A DNA stretch of 64,000 nt, from contig CM120640.1 of NCBI GenBank assembly GCA_051362555.1, positions 14,384,001-14,448,000 on the forward strand, in the 5' to 3' direction. The stretch is from Lingula anatina (lineage: Eukaryota; Animalia; Brachiopoda). Shown here piece by piece: positions 12,406 through 26,760 of the stretch (within the stretch, counting starts at the first letter, position 1; every line of letters begins with the position of its first letter). The translations under genes and the position numbers were made by a program. The notes beneath the pieces were generated by a model. The model did not search any database, was not told the origin of the DNA, and was given only the letters and a program-made list of their open reading frames with translations.

Positions 12406-15400
12406 TCATGTTACCAGCTTTTTAATTCTTTCTATCTCCACCTGAGTATTGAGTCTGATTTTCTTTTCTTCATCTACTTCATTCATAAGATCTAGGATCC
12501 TCTTATTGGAAGTGTTACGGAATTCCATGAATTGAGCTTTCAGTTCATTTAAATCTTTCTTTAAATCATTGTACTTTTCAATACTGACAGTGGATTCTTT
12601 CATTTCTTTCATCTCTTGGCGCAGTTCCTGAATTAACTTGGCATCGTCTGTGCTGCTCCTCGGACTGGTCACTTCTGAAACAGATCAAATCCACAATAGT
12701 GACAATCAGTGACAACTATATACACATTTTTTAAATAAAGTAAAATCATGCTAACATTATATACTGTGACTTCTTAAAAAATCAATTAAAATCCCATGAT
12801 TTTATTCGTAGCTGGACATATTCTTTATATTTTCTCTAAGATATAATAAGAGAGGGTTTTGTTACCTTTTTCTTTCTCTTCGTCTTGATGTTTTACTGTT
12901 GGTGGTGGTGGTCTCTTTACATGGGGCAGTGCTTTTTCAGGCAACTTTTCAGGCTCCTGCAGAACAAGGAGACCAATGCATCAGAGTTGGGCTCTACCTA
13001 CAGCCTTTTTAAAGTGTTATTTCATTTTTGTCAATAGCTTAGACAGCCATCAAAAGTAACAGGATGAAAAAATGTTAATATTCTAATATCTACTAGTTTG
13101 CAGACTGTAAAAATATAATAACCCCATGGACTAGAAAGTGCTGCCCAGTTTTAGTGCAAATGTTAATAAAAGTCTACTTCTAGTACATACAGAAGGCTAC
13201 AACAAATGCTACTAACACATTTTCAATCTGAGTACAATAAACCATAACAATGTCTTTGCAATAACACTGCATTCCAGCCACAAAGCTACACTTCACATTA
13301 CAAACACAATAGCCGTTCAGCCTCTGGAATCCTGACTGCCATGCCCAAAGTTAGCACACTATCAGTTACCTTATGATGGTGATGTAGTTTACGGTGTGAT
13401 TCATGTTGTACGTGTGTGGTGCCGTCACTAGTGTCCCTGATGGAGGCACGCTTCACCTCCTTCACCCACGAGGGTTCAAGAGGCTCCACCAACTCCTGCC
13501 ACAGAGAGAGAAACAAAGCCGACATGCATCAGTGCCCTAACAGTGCGTTTAGACAGAGTGGTCGGAAACTGTATGGACCAAGGGAGAACACAATTTTGGT
13601 GGTTGAAAACTGTATGGACTAAGGTAGAACCCAATTCTGATGGTTGGAAATGTTAGACCACGGTAGAACACAATTTTGAAGGTTGAAAAATGTCGACCAA
13701 GAAAAACATGATTTTGGTGATTTTATCCAGTTCTTGAAATGGCTGGGACAACAAAATTTTTCAACTCTTAGAAAATGACCTGTACAAAGCAATGGGATTC
13801 AAAGCATTTGTATTATTGGCAAAAAAGCACTATTGTTGAGATTTGATAAGGTACTGCAGTCAAGTTATGACAAGCAGACAGCAGTAGCTACACCAAATCC
13901 ACTGCACAGATTGTTTCAAAATTGGAATGGGCTCAGTTCAAACTACTCTGTATAACTATGCAGTAAGAATATCACTGAGACTTGCTACAAAAGCCACCAT
14001 TCTAGAACTGCACTGACTTAAGCATGTGCACATGCTGGATAGGTCTTTTCATGACATTAAGTTTAGTATTACAAGTGTATATATATATATCATAGCATGC
14101 AATTTAACTTTTGTGGTTAAAACTAGTGTTACACTCATATCATAAATAATAAATTGTATAGGAAAAGCTACATATAGGCCTACCCAATAAACCATTACAA
14201 TACATTTTATTAATATAACAGTGGTTGTTGTGTCTAAGATAAAAGAATATTCTTAAATAAATGTTAAGTGTGCGATGAATGTTTCATTGAACTTAATGTT
14301 ACTGCATCAATTCAAACCGTTTTAGTTGCCTGCAAACATGTATTAATATGCCAAGCATATATTATAAGGTAAGCAAAGCCTTCTCACATGTACAGATGGT
14401 TAATATTGTGCATATATAAGAACTGGCTTTACCATGGCATCTCAAGTGCAATGCAGAAATCCAACTCCACACAGACACACATTTATTTTAAAGAAATCAC
14501 TTACTGTGTCTTTATGAAGAATTGCAGAAGATGGTGGCCTTTTGCTGGCATTCTTTGGCCGATTCACAGTCAGGTGAGACAAAGTTTCTGTGGTTTCTAT
14601 GGTATCAAGATGATTGACATCTGAAAAAGAACATGTAGTTTCACAAAGATGATCCATTTTTTAATATGTGTATAAAAGAATGCTACAAACATGACTCTAT
14701 GAATAAAAAAAAATGCAGAAATCAACAGATGCCTTTAACTCTGGTTACATCAATTTATCTATTGCCTACCTGGTTTATTGTTGACAGAGGTCTTACTGTC
14801 AACAGTATCCTTGCCCTCATTGACTTTAGTCTCTACTGGTTTTGGCTTGGGTAGGTCTGTAGGCTTGGCAGGCACTGGTTTCTTACCAATAGGGGGAGGA
14901 AGAGGCTTCTTGGCAGGCAGAGCTGGGGCTGGTTTCTCATTATCTGCTATGAAATATATGAGAGGCTGTCAAAGCATTTTTTAATGATTCAATAACACAA
15001 GGATATAAAAAGGAATTCATGCACACCCAAATGACATTTCAACCAGGCTAATGGTGCATGTCATTGAGTTCAAAGCTTCCTTCTTTTTTCTAGCAGCATG
15101 TATGTGGTATTCAACTAAAATGTCCAGAAATAAAATAACATGAAGAGTAATGCATGCTTTAATATACATAACATGTTGAGTCAAATGAATATAATACATA
15201 TGCATGTATTCAAACACCTAGAACTTAGAGACAATATCACGGTTCCCTAAATTTGTGAAGAAAAAATCCCTCGTCACAAGTAGCTATAGGTAGAACATAG
15301 GTTACATACCCTTTTTAAATTTGGTTTCTGGCTTGGTAACTTCGGGTGGTGGTGGTTTTTCTGGAGGTTTAATATGATGGTGATGATGTTGGTTGACTTC

Positions 15401-18400
15401 TTTCAAAGGTTTTGTTTGTGGAGCAGGCACGGCTGGGACAGCTGGCATAGGCGGAGGCGGCTTTCTGGGTTTAGGCTGAAATGTGAATAAGACAATTAAA
15501 ATGTAGGTTTAAAATTTCTCAATAAGGGTCTCTGCCAAAAGGATTTCAAGATCATTCAATCTGTACCTCAATTAAAGGCATATAGCAAAATTATTACCTT
15601 ACTTTATGATACTGCAAAAGGTATTTTCAACATGAAAAGCTTTTAGCGATTACTCTTTCTGAAAATCATTATTACACATTAGAAATTGCATGTTGAAAAT
15701 TTAACAGTCAAATGGAAAACTGACTACTATCTACAATATCTGTTCTTTCAAAATATAACAATTTTTTCATTAAAAATCAGCTTTCAACATGCAAAACTGC
15801 ATAGTGAACAACTGATCATTAACACTCAAAACTACGTTAAGTCAGGTTCTATCTACCGCAGAGTGTGGTTCAGCATTGCGTGCAGCAACTTTTGGTTGAG
15901 ACAGTACCTCTTCTGGCGGTAATAGTTCAACAAAGTTGTCAGGAAACACCCCTATCTTTCCATCTAATTCCCCCTTCCACCAGCCACCATCTTCCAGTTC
16001 CTTGTCCAATATGGTGATCACATCTCCCTCTGCCAAGTTCAGCTCATCATCGTTCTCTGCGGAGTACGAGTAGAGGACACGGGCACGTTCAACTGAAAGG
16101 GAAAAGTGCTTGTAAATATAACTATGTCTGTGTTTCAATATTGGCTTGTAAACTTGTTATTTGTTGTTGTTAGTCAATAACATTTTCTGTCACTTAACAT
16201 ATTCATTCTTTTGGAGATTATTTCATAACAAACTTCTGAAACAAAAAGTCACTTGGCTTATTCATTAAGAGGCACTGCCACCCTATTCTATAGTCCTTCA
16301 TTAGCATTGTTTGCATATGGTTAAACAATACTGCAAAATATATATTGTCAAGCTCCATTCCATTCACATACTGCGCTATGTAATATAATATTTCTAATAT
16401 ATCTTAATAGTTTCAGACTAAAAAGAAAGCTTTAGTATAGCAAAACAGAGGGCTTACTTTCAAGGAAAACAAAAATAAAGAACATTTTTTGGAAAATATA
16501 TACATATATTCATTCAGCATGCAACAAAATTCATTTTCAACATAAACAACATCAGACTGGTTACATAAAAACAAGTTGCAACATGTAAAATGAGAGCAAT
16601 TAGTAAAAAAAGACTTCTGTCAACTTTGTGATGTGACTCACCATGCTGCATTGTGAATAGTAAATCCAATCCTTGATATTCTTTAGTGTCAACTGTTCTT
16701 ACTTCACCAAGATTCTTTATATGGTACAATATTATCTAACATATCTAACATCTGACACATAGTATTAAATGGTACATGAATCCTCTCTGTGGTAAAGTTC
16801 AAAACAAGAATAAGTGGTAAATTGTCTTTGCAACAAAGTTCAAAACAAGACCAAAGTTCTCAAAAACAAGTCTCTCAATAATACGTCAACACCAATTCTT
16901 GAAAAGCTAAAAACATCAGTTCACAAAACTTGGAACAAAACCTTGAACAGCAAAGTCAATTAATAAACAAACAAGGTCAGAGTTGTGTATTAAAGCTCAA
17001 TGATTGAGCTGTCAGTCCTTGGGACAACAAATGTAGGAAGTCTTTCCTCGCACTCCTCTCTGCTGCTTGGAAACAACACAACCTCATTTGCCAAAGGGCT
17101 GGGAGGTAATACTGGTGCTGATAGTTCATAAGCACTTTCCTCATGACTCTTGGCCTGATTACAATGGGGATCAAGCTCATGATGATGCAATCCATGTTTT
17201 GGGAGAAATGGGGTCTTACTTTTGTTTCTTACTTCATCCTGACACTTGGACAGATTTTCCCAATGTTGGAATAATTCTTGAAATTCTAATGACTTTGTTA
17301 AAACTACAGAAGGACTGCAGATTTCACCGGGCTCCAGAGATCTGTCGTCTTCACTGCCATCCCCTCCAGCACTGCCATCATCTGGGAAATCATCCTCTTC
17401 CTCCTTAGTCCAAGACTCTTGGCATACCTCATTCCTTGTAGGTTCAGCAGAACACGCATCTGTCTTGGTAGAACCATCTCTTGATATAACATCTTTACCA
17501 TTTCCCAAAAATGTACTGTTCTTCTGAGGTCCATCCACAGTCAAGTGCAGGCTACTGTCCTCTGAGTAATAACTTGGACAGAGACTGATGGAAGGTTCGA
17601 CAGATTCACTCAAGATAGCATTGACTACCTGGGTTTGGCGTCTTGCCCACGGAGCTGGTTCAATCATTCTTGGGCCTAATGGTTCAGGGCTTTGAAATCT
17701 GGCAACATGTAAAGACTCTTTGGTGAAAGGGGCAGCTTCATTTCTAGGTTGATCACAATGACCAAAATTATAGAAATGAGTTTCAACTGTTGCTCTATCA
17801 TCTTTGCCTTTCACATCTTTGAAATCTTCTTTGTGTGAGAAAGCATCAAAACTGCCATTCAGGACATCTATTGAAGCCACTGATAGGTCGCTTGGTTTGG
17901 GCTGCTTATTATCTGGAAAGGCCTGAGACACTGGTATCTGTTTTAGGTGGGTAATCTTTGGGGATATGTGACATGAATCAGTTTGTTCTGTATTACTAGG
18001 CTTGAGAGAAGTGATTGTCAAGTCTTGGGAATGCAGAGAACTGTGATCAGACAACATTTCTTCACTCTGAAGATCATCACTTTTGTACTCACTGGCATCT
18101 GGTAATTTGGAATAGTGTGGCATCTCTGTATCAATGGCTGACCTGTTCCCTAAGTTGTCATGCTTGAAACACATTCCTAGCCTAATCTTTCCATGTTTAG
18201 AGACATCTCGTTCTGAAACATCATACTTCCTCCTGTGTGTTGCTGACATACTAACCTTGGTTTCTCTAAAGCTCGCTCTCAGTCTCTTGAATATATTCTT
18301 TTTCTTTTTTTCTTTTTGTTCCATGAAGGGATCAAGAGGATTATAAAAGACCTGCTGGCTTCTACTTCTGTAGCTCTGCACACTAGTCGTAGGACATGGG

Positions 18401-21400
18401 TTTTGATGATTAGGGTCTTCAGTGCTGGTAGCATATGTAGCTGGTGTGGGCAACCTGGTTTCAATTGGTTTATGTATCAGAAAAGGTTCAGGATAGCTCT
18501 TTCTGCAGACTGGTTTTCCATCTTGATATATTTTGTACTTGTTGAGAGTGTTTTTCAGGAACGGTGAGATTCTTCCACTCCTCTGAAGGGTCTCAATATA
18601 AGTTGGTACATACGGCTCTTCTTCACTTTCTTCTTTCCTCGACACATGTGCAGGACCAGATACGGGTTTGTTCAGAGTAATATCCTGATCAGGAGAATCC
18701 TTGGGACTTTTTTCCTGGTCATTGTGCAAGTGTCTGGCCACACCATGCTGTTCAGAAGGGACCATCTCATTGTGGTTGACCCCAGACAATGGCAAAGTTA
18801 TAATGGGATTTAAGCTGGGTTTCTTCCTCTCAATAGCCTCCTGTTTGTTTATGGTATCCAAATTGTTGCCAGGGAAATTAGAATCATGCTCCCTTTTCTC
18901 TAGATTTTTTATTTTTTTGTCAGGTGATGAGAAAAAAGATCTAATTTTACTTCCAATGCCAAGGGTCACTGACCTGCCTATTGAGGCATTACTGTTGTTG
19001 TTGCTGTTGCTGCCAGGATCTTCAGCTTTGTCAAGACTGCTAATAATATTTTCATCTCCCCTACACCCAATACCCACATTTCTGTAACTCTCGACTTTGT
19101 CCCTTGTCATCATTCCAAACTTCTGTTCCCTTAACAATTCAAGACTATCTGTAATATTTTCTGCTTTGATGGGACCCGCTTCTTTCTTATGGTTGGTAAT
19201 TGGCTGCAGAGTTTCTTGAAAATCACAGTTTATGGGATCACTGTTAATGTATTCATCTTTAACAGAAATACTGACCGGTCTGTGCCAGTCTGGTCCCATC
19301 CACTCCTCAATGTCACTTTCCTGGTGTACATGTTCACAACCCAAGGTAGTCTCATAGTGATGATCCAGGTTCCCTGGTTCAAGGCTCCTAAATACATGAG
19401 CCTGGGTTGAAAGGACAAAACACGCTCCCTGCTGATAATAAGGAAGGGACTGAGAGGTGTTTCTATGTTTGCGATCATGGTTCTCTCTACCATAATGCTG
19501 CGATGAACTGTCTTGCCTGGGAGAAAGGTGTTGTGGTGAAGGACATCTTCCATGCCGGCATAAATCAGTCTTGGGCAAGCTACTAGCTGGAACAATCACA
19601 TCCCCAATGCGATACCTCATCTCGGGGCTGTGTTTGCTGTCGACATCATTCTCAGAGTTACTTCCAGCATTTCTGTCTTTCTTTCTGTTGCCACTATTAG
19701 GTGTGCTGTGAGAAAATACATGCTTTGCAGATCCTTTAGAAAGGAGTCTGGATCTTCGTCTTCTGAAAGTAAGTTTAGGGGGTGGTGTTTCTCTTGCATG
19801 AGCCAATGCACTTTCATCTAAATGGTCTTCAGTATGATCTTCCTCAGTATGGGAAAGGTTTAAATTGTCTGCCAGCTTAGACAGTACAGATGACAAAGAG
19901 AAACCATGCTTTGTTTGACTTGATTCATCAAAACTGATACTCTCCTGAACTTCTTGACCTTGACTCTGATGTAATAAGTTTCGCGTGTCAGAATTTGATA
20001 TTGACCTGCGGGGTGGTTTTGGTGGTGCGGGAGATTTTCTTTTCTCAACATCATTACTTTCAGTCACAGAGTCTAAAACTGCTGGGCTGTAATTAGACTT
20101 GAATTTTGATATTGCTTCAACACTCAAGTAACTATCATTTTCTTCCGCTGCATTTAAAGCTGAGCTACTACTGGGAATACTACAGTCATGCTTCAAGTCT
20201 ACCTCTGTTGCTGTTCTAGTTTCTTGACAGCAGGTTGGAGATAGAGGGTGAGTGTCTATACGAAGCAGAGAGACAAAGGAAAGATGTAGAAGAATAAGAC
20301 CATGCTGAATTAATACATGCCAGAAAATAAACATTTGCTACAGGGTCTCCTGGTTTGTAGTGCAGGAAAGTAGAACAAGTTTGTGGCAGCTTTATAAGAT
20401 ACTTTCAATCAAAAGACTGAATGCAGAATAGTGGTCAATATTATACTATGAGTAAAGCTACACAAATAAGAAAACATACAAATGTGAACACAATATGCCA
20501 TGTCATCTATGAGTCATTCTATCCTTCTATGAAGATTCTGACAGAGTGAAATCCTATCCTCATTTCTTTGTTATCATTATCATAAGATGAGATCAGCCAC
20601 ACTAGGTTATGCTTCCTTGTAAACTTACTTGGCTTAACATCCCGTGGGGGCAGCGAGGGCGGTCTCTCGTGAGGCACAGGAGGTGGTGCCTTGTTACGTA
20701 TTGAGCTCTGGAAAGCAACAGACTTAAAAATAAGAATTTCTTCTTTTAAATCACAAATCTGATATCAGATGAAAATTGGGATTTTGTAGAATGTACAGTC
20801 CTACTTCATCTGTCAGACATTCATTGTTTTCATCCAATGTTCACCTCAAATACTAAAACTGTGCTCTAAACTACTTGGTTTCAATCACATTTTGTCTTTG
20901 ATAACAGTATATAACCGGACAGTGCTCTGACAGTGTGGACCTCTTCCAAGACAAAATGTATATTATAGATTTTTTTAATTATCTGAAAGTAGACTGGTAT
21001 TCAGCTGAAATTGTCACTTGGCAGCAGAAATAAAAAAATCATACAATTACATAAGATTCAGACTGTTGCAGTCATAGCCTTACCCTGTGATCATCATTGT
21101 GACTATTCTTCTTAGAAACTGCATGGTGCTCTTTAAGAGGTTCCATGGGGATTTCTTTGGCTGGTTCTTTAGGGAGTTCTGCAGGCTTCTTCCCCAGAGC
21201 CCCCGTAGACCGCAATTTAATGGGACCACCACTGAATATGTTCCCAAGACCTACACCTTTCACCTTCTTGCCTGTGATCTCTGGAGGGGGCTCCTCAGCA
21301 GGCTTGTCTTCTGACATAGCTATGGTATCATTTGCTGCAAAAAACATAGTAATATCACCTAAAAGTGCAAGGAAGGCAGTTCCCAATCAGGATTTCTCAC

Positions 21401-24400
21401 AACAGCACTTTGGCCCAAAAAATTTGTCTAAACTTTAAGGCCCTAATTTTGGACTGCTTGGAACCAAAATAAATCAGTAGCAAGACAAATGAATGAAACA
21501 CTTTACGCGTTTTATAACAGAAAGACACAGATAAAACTTGAAGAAACTACTATGGGTTCATCTTAGACTAAAGCGCATCAAATGATGCTCTGACCAAAAT
21601 TTTTAAACAATTTTAGGCCAATTTTCATTTCAATTTTCATTCTTTGATTTTTTTCTTGCTTTAATTAATGTTTGGTTAATACCTGATTCACCAGATTTTT
21701 CATCTTCATGATCTGCAGCTGCCTTAAGATCCTCGATCTTGCCACCATCTAAAAGTTCTACAAAGTTGGAGGGAAATACTCCATTTTTGCCATTTACAGT
21801 TCCCTGCCACCAGCCTTCCTCTTCCTGAAATAAAATAATGGGACATTTTATACATCTTTTTTTTTTTTGTTAACTAAATATATGAACACACCTTTACAAG
21901 CAAGTGAAGGTGATAACTAAAATTCCTTGATTGTGAAGTCGTCATCCTTCCTTATGACTGGCATATATGTAAATATACCATAATGTCTAAATTAAAACTC
22001 ATGCAAATCAGATTTTATGCCGTGAGTGGCTAACTAAAAGATCCTTTTAAAATGTGCTATCGAATCTTACTAGTACTTCCTTATCATCATTTGTACCTCT
22101 TTAACTGTTTCCATGATACTTCCTGTTAAAAGCTTTATATTTGCAATTTGTGAAGTTATGACAAGCTATTTTATAACTGTTAAAACTGCCTCTTACAACT
22201 GTGAAATAAAAAACAACTTCTTCTTATTAAATTATTAACCTCTTTTAAAACTTCTACGATGTCCCCTGCCTCTAGCTTGAGTTCATCATCATTCTCAGGG
22301 GTATAACTGAATGTTGCTTTAGCACGGAGTTTTCTATTATTGGTGCCTAAAAAAAAAAAGACATCATTCAAATATCTTATCAGATAAATTTTTACTGCAG
22401 CTTTGATACTTTATTTGAACAATACAATTTTATTGATATATTAGATCTAAAGATATCTTACACAATATGGGTCACATTCAAACAATGCATTTGATAACAT
22501 GAAAATAAAAAGGTCATATAAATCATATAAACCCCACACTTCAAATTTAACAAAGCTTGACTATTCACCAAAAAATGTCTCCATTTCAAAGCTTTTTAAG
22601 TTAAATCAAAAAAAAAAAAAAATCCACAACTTCCATGGGGACCATCTCTTTGTTACTAGTTTCTACCAACATCTTTAATTTCTAACATATCCACTAAAAT
22701 TTTAAACCCAAAATCTTGCACAGAAATAATAAAAACATTTCATACATGCAAGTCATTTCTGATCTGGCAATATTTCATGTGCTACATTGTGCTATGTATC
22801 TCATTCAACATTCATCACTCATGCTAAAAATAACTTTTCTCTTCTGAGCCTGACCTCATCACAAGCCACAGACACCTGGCAGCCTCAGGCAGAGGATATC
22901 ATGATCTAATGCCAAAGATGACAATATGGATGTGTGGCCCATGCCATCCTCATTACACCACCATTCCCCCCCAAGACAAAAGTGATCCTTAGCATTAATA
23001 AGTGCCTTGCTCTGTAGCTTGTACAAGAATTGCCCAAAGTCACTGTCTACATGATTAATCATACATAACATAAGAAGTCCCTCTTACAGGCAATATATCA
23101 CTGAATATATCAGAATTTGGTTGTGGACTAACCTAAAACGGGTTTAATGCTTTCTTATCAGTTCAGAAATGTTGACTGAAATCTATCCTGCTGGGTTTAT
23201 GAATGGGTTAAGCAATTACCTTTTGCTTTAAGTCAGATTGTAATTGACACAGTGTGAACACATGAAACTGGTTCTCAAGTAATTCAAGAATATCAAAATT
23301 ATACATCAAGCAACACAACCAATGTCAATGACAGTCCTTGAGTGGATATTAATGTTGATAAAAAGATGCAAGTCACTTACTTTTCCTCCTCATTTCTGCA
23401 AAGGCCTTTGGCTGTGGTGCTCCTGCATGTATTGCATGGTCTCCCAGTCTGTCTTTTAATGCTGCAATATGGTGTCCTTTTCCATGAGATTCATCCTTCC
23501 TTTTCTCTACTTCTTTATGGGATTCTGACTTTATATGTTCCTTCATTGGTTCTTTTTGGGGTTCTTTATGTTTAACTACTTCCTAGGGTGACAAAGCAAT
23601 ACAATGAGTTGTTGGTTTGAGAACATTTTAAAGGAAATATTTAATCCCATGAGCCTGATAAAATCTCCTGAAAATCTGTCTCATGGTAACTGACTTCTGT
23701 ATACAAATAAGTACTAGTAAGTAATTTTTATGGCAGCCTAGCTGTCATTAAAGTCATTACCTTTAACAGAACTCTTGTTAAAATTGAGTAATGCTAAATA
23801 TTGTGTGGTACTCCTTGGCCTTCAAAAGAATTCTGACTATTACACTACCCAATTGTACAAACACAAAAGGCATAACTGAATTCCAGAATTTTAATTTTAT
23901 ATTTACATTGTAGATGTTGATGCCCTTAATATATGTTCACATCAACCACGCATTGTATTTGCATCACTCACAGCTGTCAAAATGCCATACTGTTGAATAT
24001 TCAGTACCAAACTTTATCTTTAACTTTATGGGTGCTTCTAATCTAGTTGTAAATGTGGTCCTTCATGTTTTATTAATTTGCTAAAGTCCTTTAAATTAAA
24101 TCTTGTTGGAAACAACCACATACTTCAAGATATCCTACAGTATCCATTTTTAAAAAGAAATCTTATTTACTTGCAAAAATCATTAAAAAGAAAGTGAAAT
24201 CAAACACATACTTCAAGATCAAGTCTACAAGATCTTTTATGTAAAATAGCCTCCAGATCTTTTATCTAGAAAAGCCTATCAACTATTCACAAGTAATATT
24301 GTGACGTCTACAAGATTTTTTTTATCTAGAAAAGCCTATCAACTATTTAAAGTAATTTGTGACAACTGCTTTTGTTACATAAGGGCAGTGTGAGACATTG

Positions 24401-26760
24401 CAGAACATGGTCAAGACTGTTACTGCTAACAGAGTGACATCCATTTCCACCAAAGTGAGCCAAAGATAACCCTAGTAGAATGACCCAGTTATCATTATAC
24501 ACAAACCTACCTTTAAGTTAATGGATGGCATGGCAATTTACCTATCATCCCTTGAATCTATGACCTTCTGCTTATATCTTGAAATCACCATTCACTGGAG
24601 CTACTACTATAGTACTGTTAACGTGGAAGTGTGAATTCCCAAAGAAAAGAGTGCCTGTACTACATCCCAGCCACTCTTCAATAAATTCCATATGCATCTA
24701 AATTATCAGCACCCGCCCCACAATAAAAGTAGTCCCTTAAACAAATAATAACATCAGTTTCCAGTTTGGGTACATTTGCTACCCACACTGAAGGCACATG
24801 CCACTACCTATAAACATTTCTAACAGCACAATGAGAAGCTTTCAAAATACAATGACCATATGGAAAGGCAACTGAAAGCATCAAGACTCATATTCCTATC
24901 TATAGTGTAACCATATATACCTTGACAAAATTATCAGGAAACATCCCTTTCTTTCCATTGAGCTCTCCTTCCCACCATCCACCTTCTTGTTTCACAACAT
25001 TTGTAATCACTTCTCCGACTTTCAGTGTTAATTCATCATCTTGCTCTGCAGTGTATTCAAATTCTACTATACACTCCACTGAAAGAGAAAAAATTGACAA
25101 TCTATTTGACAAATCACCATTACAAGAATTTTCCCTTTAAAAAAGAAAAAAAATCCATAAAAAATAGAAATAACTCATCACATTACTACATTCAGTCACT
25201 ATTTTAATATAAATCTTGAAAACCATGCTGTGCACTGAAAATGAATATCCACTAATACGAAGTAAATTCTCATTAGCAATAGAACTAACTGATCAATGCA
25301 ATTTTTCAATCTTCTAAAAGAAAAAAGGGGGGAAGAAAGTAAATGTAAACAGTTTTATATTATATAACTTATGTTAAAACATATCCCATATAACGACTGA
25401 AGACATGCAACCACAAAAGAATGACTCATCAATCACGATATGATAGAGTATGGTGGGGCAAAAAATAGGGAAGACACGAAGACTCTGACCAGGGTATTTT
25501 AGAATACCACAGACAAAGCTGGAAAAACTGCTAGCTACACTGACTTGTTAAAACTATGTAAAATATGATCTAGATCTAAAAAAAAAAAAATTGAATACAT
25601 TTTATCTGTATCTTGATTTTCATTTACATACCAACATTTCAGATCAGCAAGGGCCTTTTTTCTTTGAACAGCCAAATATACTAAAAACTTTTAATATATC
25701 TAATTTCTCATTACAACTTACATGCAGATTATAACACATTATATCTAATCAAAGTATTTTAAATAAATCTAATCTATACAGGCATATTACAGTTACTAAG
25801 AAAGGTAAAACAATGATAATGTATTTAATAATTTAACATATATATGTAATAATTCATAACCTTCCTAAAACTGTTGGTTAACACATATGTGCAAAAATAG
25901 TTTAACCAAAATATGTTAAAAATGGGACATTTTTTCTAGATTATAACTGTAAATCAATGAAATTTGCTCTCTTAATTTTAAAATGACCATACTGCTCTAA
26001 AAGCATATGCATCCTATTTATAAGTGAATAATTTTTATTTAATTACCTAAATAAGATATTAGGAATCCATTTAGATACTCAGGTTTATATTTTGTATTAA
26101 AAAATTGTCTAAACAATGTATCCATATTAAAGCAGAATTTCCACAAATATAAAATGATTTCATGCCATATCTAGAGGTCTGCAATCAATAACAACATACT
26201 TCTTTGCAGGCAAATATACAGCAAATATACAGGCAATTTAATTTTTAAAAATTGCCTATTGGTAACTTAGTCAACAGTTTTGCAGGCCATAATAAGCATT
26301 CAAATACAATATTTCATGAGTTTAGTTTGTGAAAACAAAAAAGAAAAGACTATCACTAACTGTGCAACATGCTGACCAGCATTAAACCAATCACTAAAAA
26401 TACTTTACAAATCATTAAATATTGTGGCTGCTTTTCTAAAAAAGCCCCCCCAATCTTAATGACTTTAATTTTAAATCTTGTACTATGGAACTTAGTAAAT
26501 TGGGGTATAACGTGCTATTGTCACAATACAACTCATCTGTCAAGGTGACACGTGGTTTATACTATAACAAACATCAACAGTATGTATCTGTAAACCGATA
26601 TTAGAATTATAGTAATTTACTATCACTAAACGTATCTTCAACCACTTTGATAAGTCTCAAAACAATTTAAACAAATTAAACATTATTTCACACAAGCTTG
26701 CGTATATTCCATACAATAAAGTGTTAACATTTACAGTATTAACATTTACTACTCACCCAT
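12406..26760 (-). CDS. SH3KBP1: CIN85/CD2AP family adaptor (three SH3 domains, proline-rich region, CPI motif, C-terminal coiled coil), ~689 aa
   Basis: Exons 26757-26760, 24921-25078 (SH3A), 23381-23582, 22240-22346 + 21683-21824 (SH3B), 21084-21334, 20629-20707, 15908-16092 (SH3C), 15310-15475, 14770-14943, 14505-14620 ([10 protein letters not shown]), 13370-13495, 12866-12956, 12406-12674 (coiled coil). All GT-AG and phase-consistent, total 2070 nt. Probably co-ortholog of SH3KBP1 and CD2AP. Confidence 0.9.
16990..20255 (-). CDS. Giant (~1088-codon) probable alternative terminal exon of the CIN85/CD2AP gene; low-complexity, probably disordered Ser/His/Pro/Glu-rich protein
   Basis: 3.3-kb ORF on the host strand. 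Polypyrimidine tract + TAG acceptor (tctctctgcttcgtatag|AC) at 20255 is phase 1, matching the phase-1 donor at 20629. Confidence 0.72.

Noticed and set aside
20256-20334. N-terminal 26 codons (MFIFWHVL...) of the 1114-aa ORF as a signal peptide
   Set aside because: Non-ATG start and pyrimidine-rich sequence fit an intron 3' end upstream of the acceptor at 20255
22859-23071. ORF with GEWW as a possible extra SH3 or alternative first exon
   Set aside because: Lacks the other SH3 residues and convincing splice sites; the gene model is complete without it
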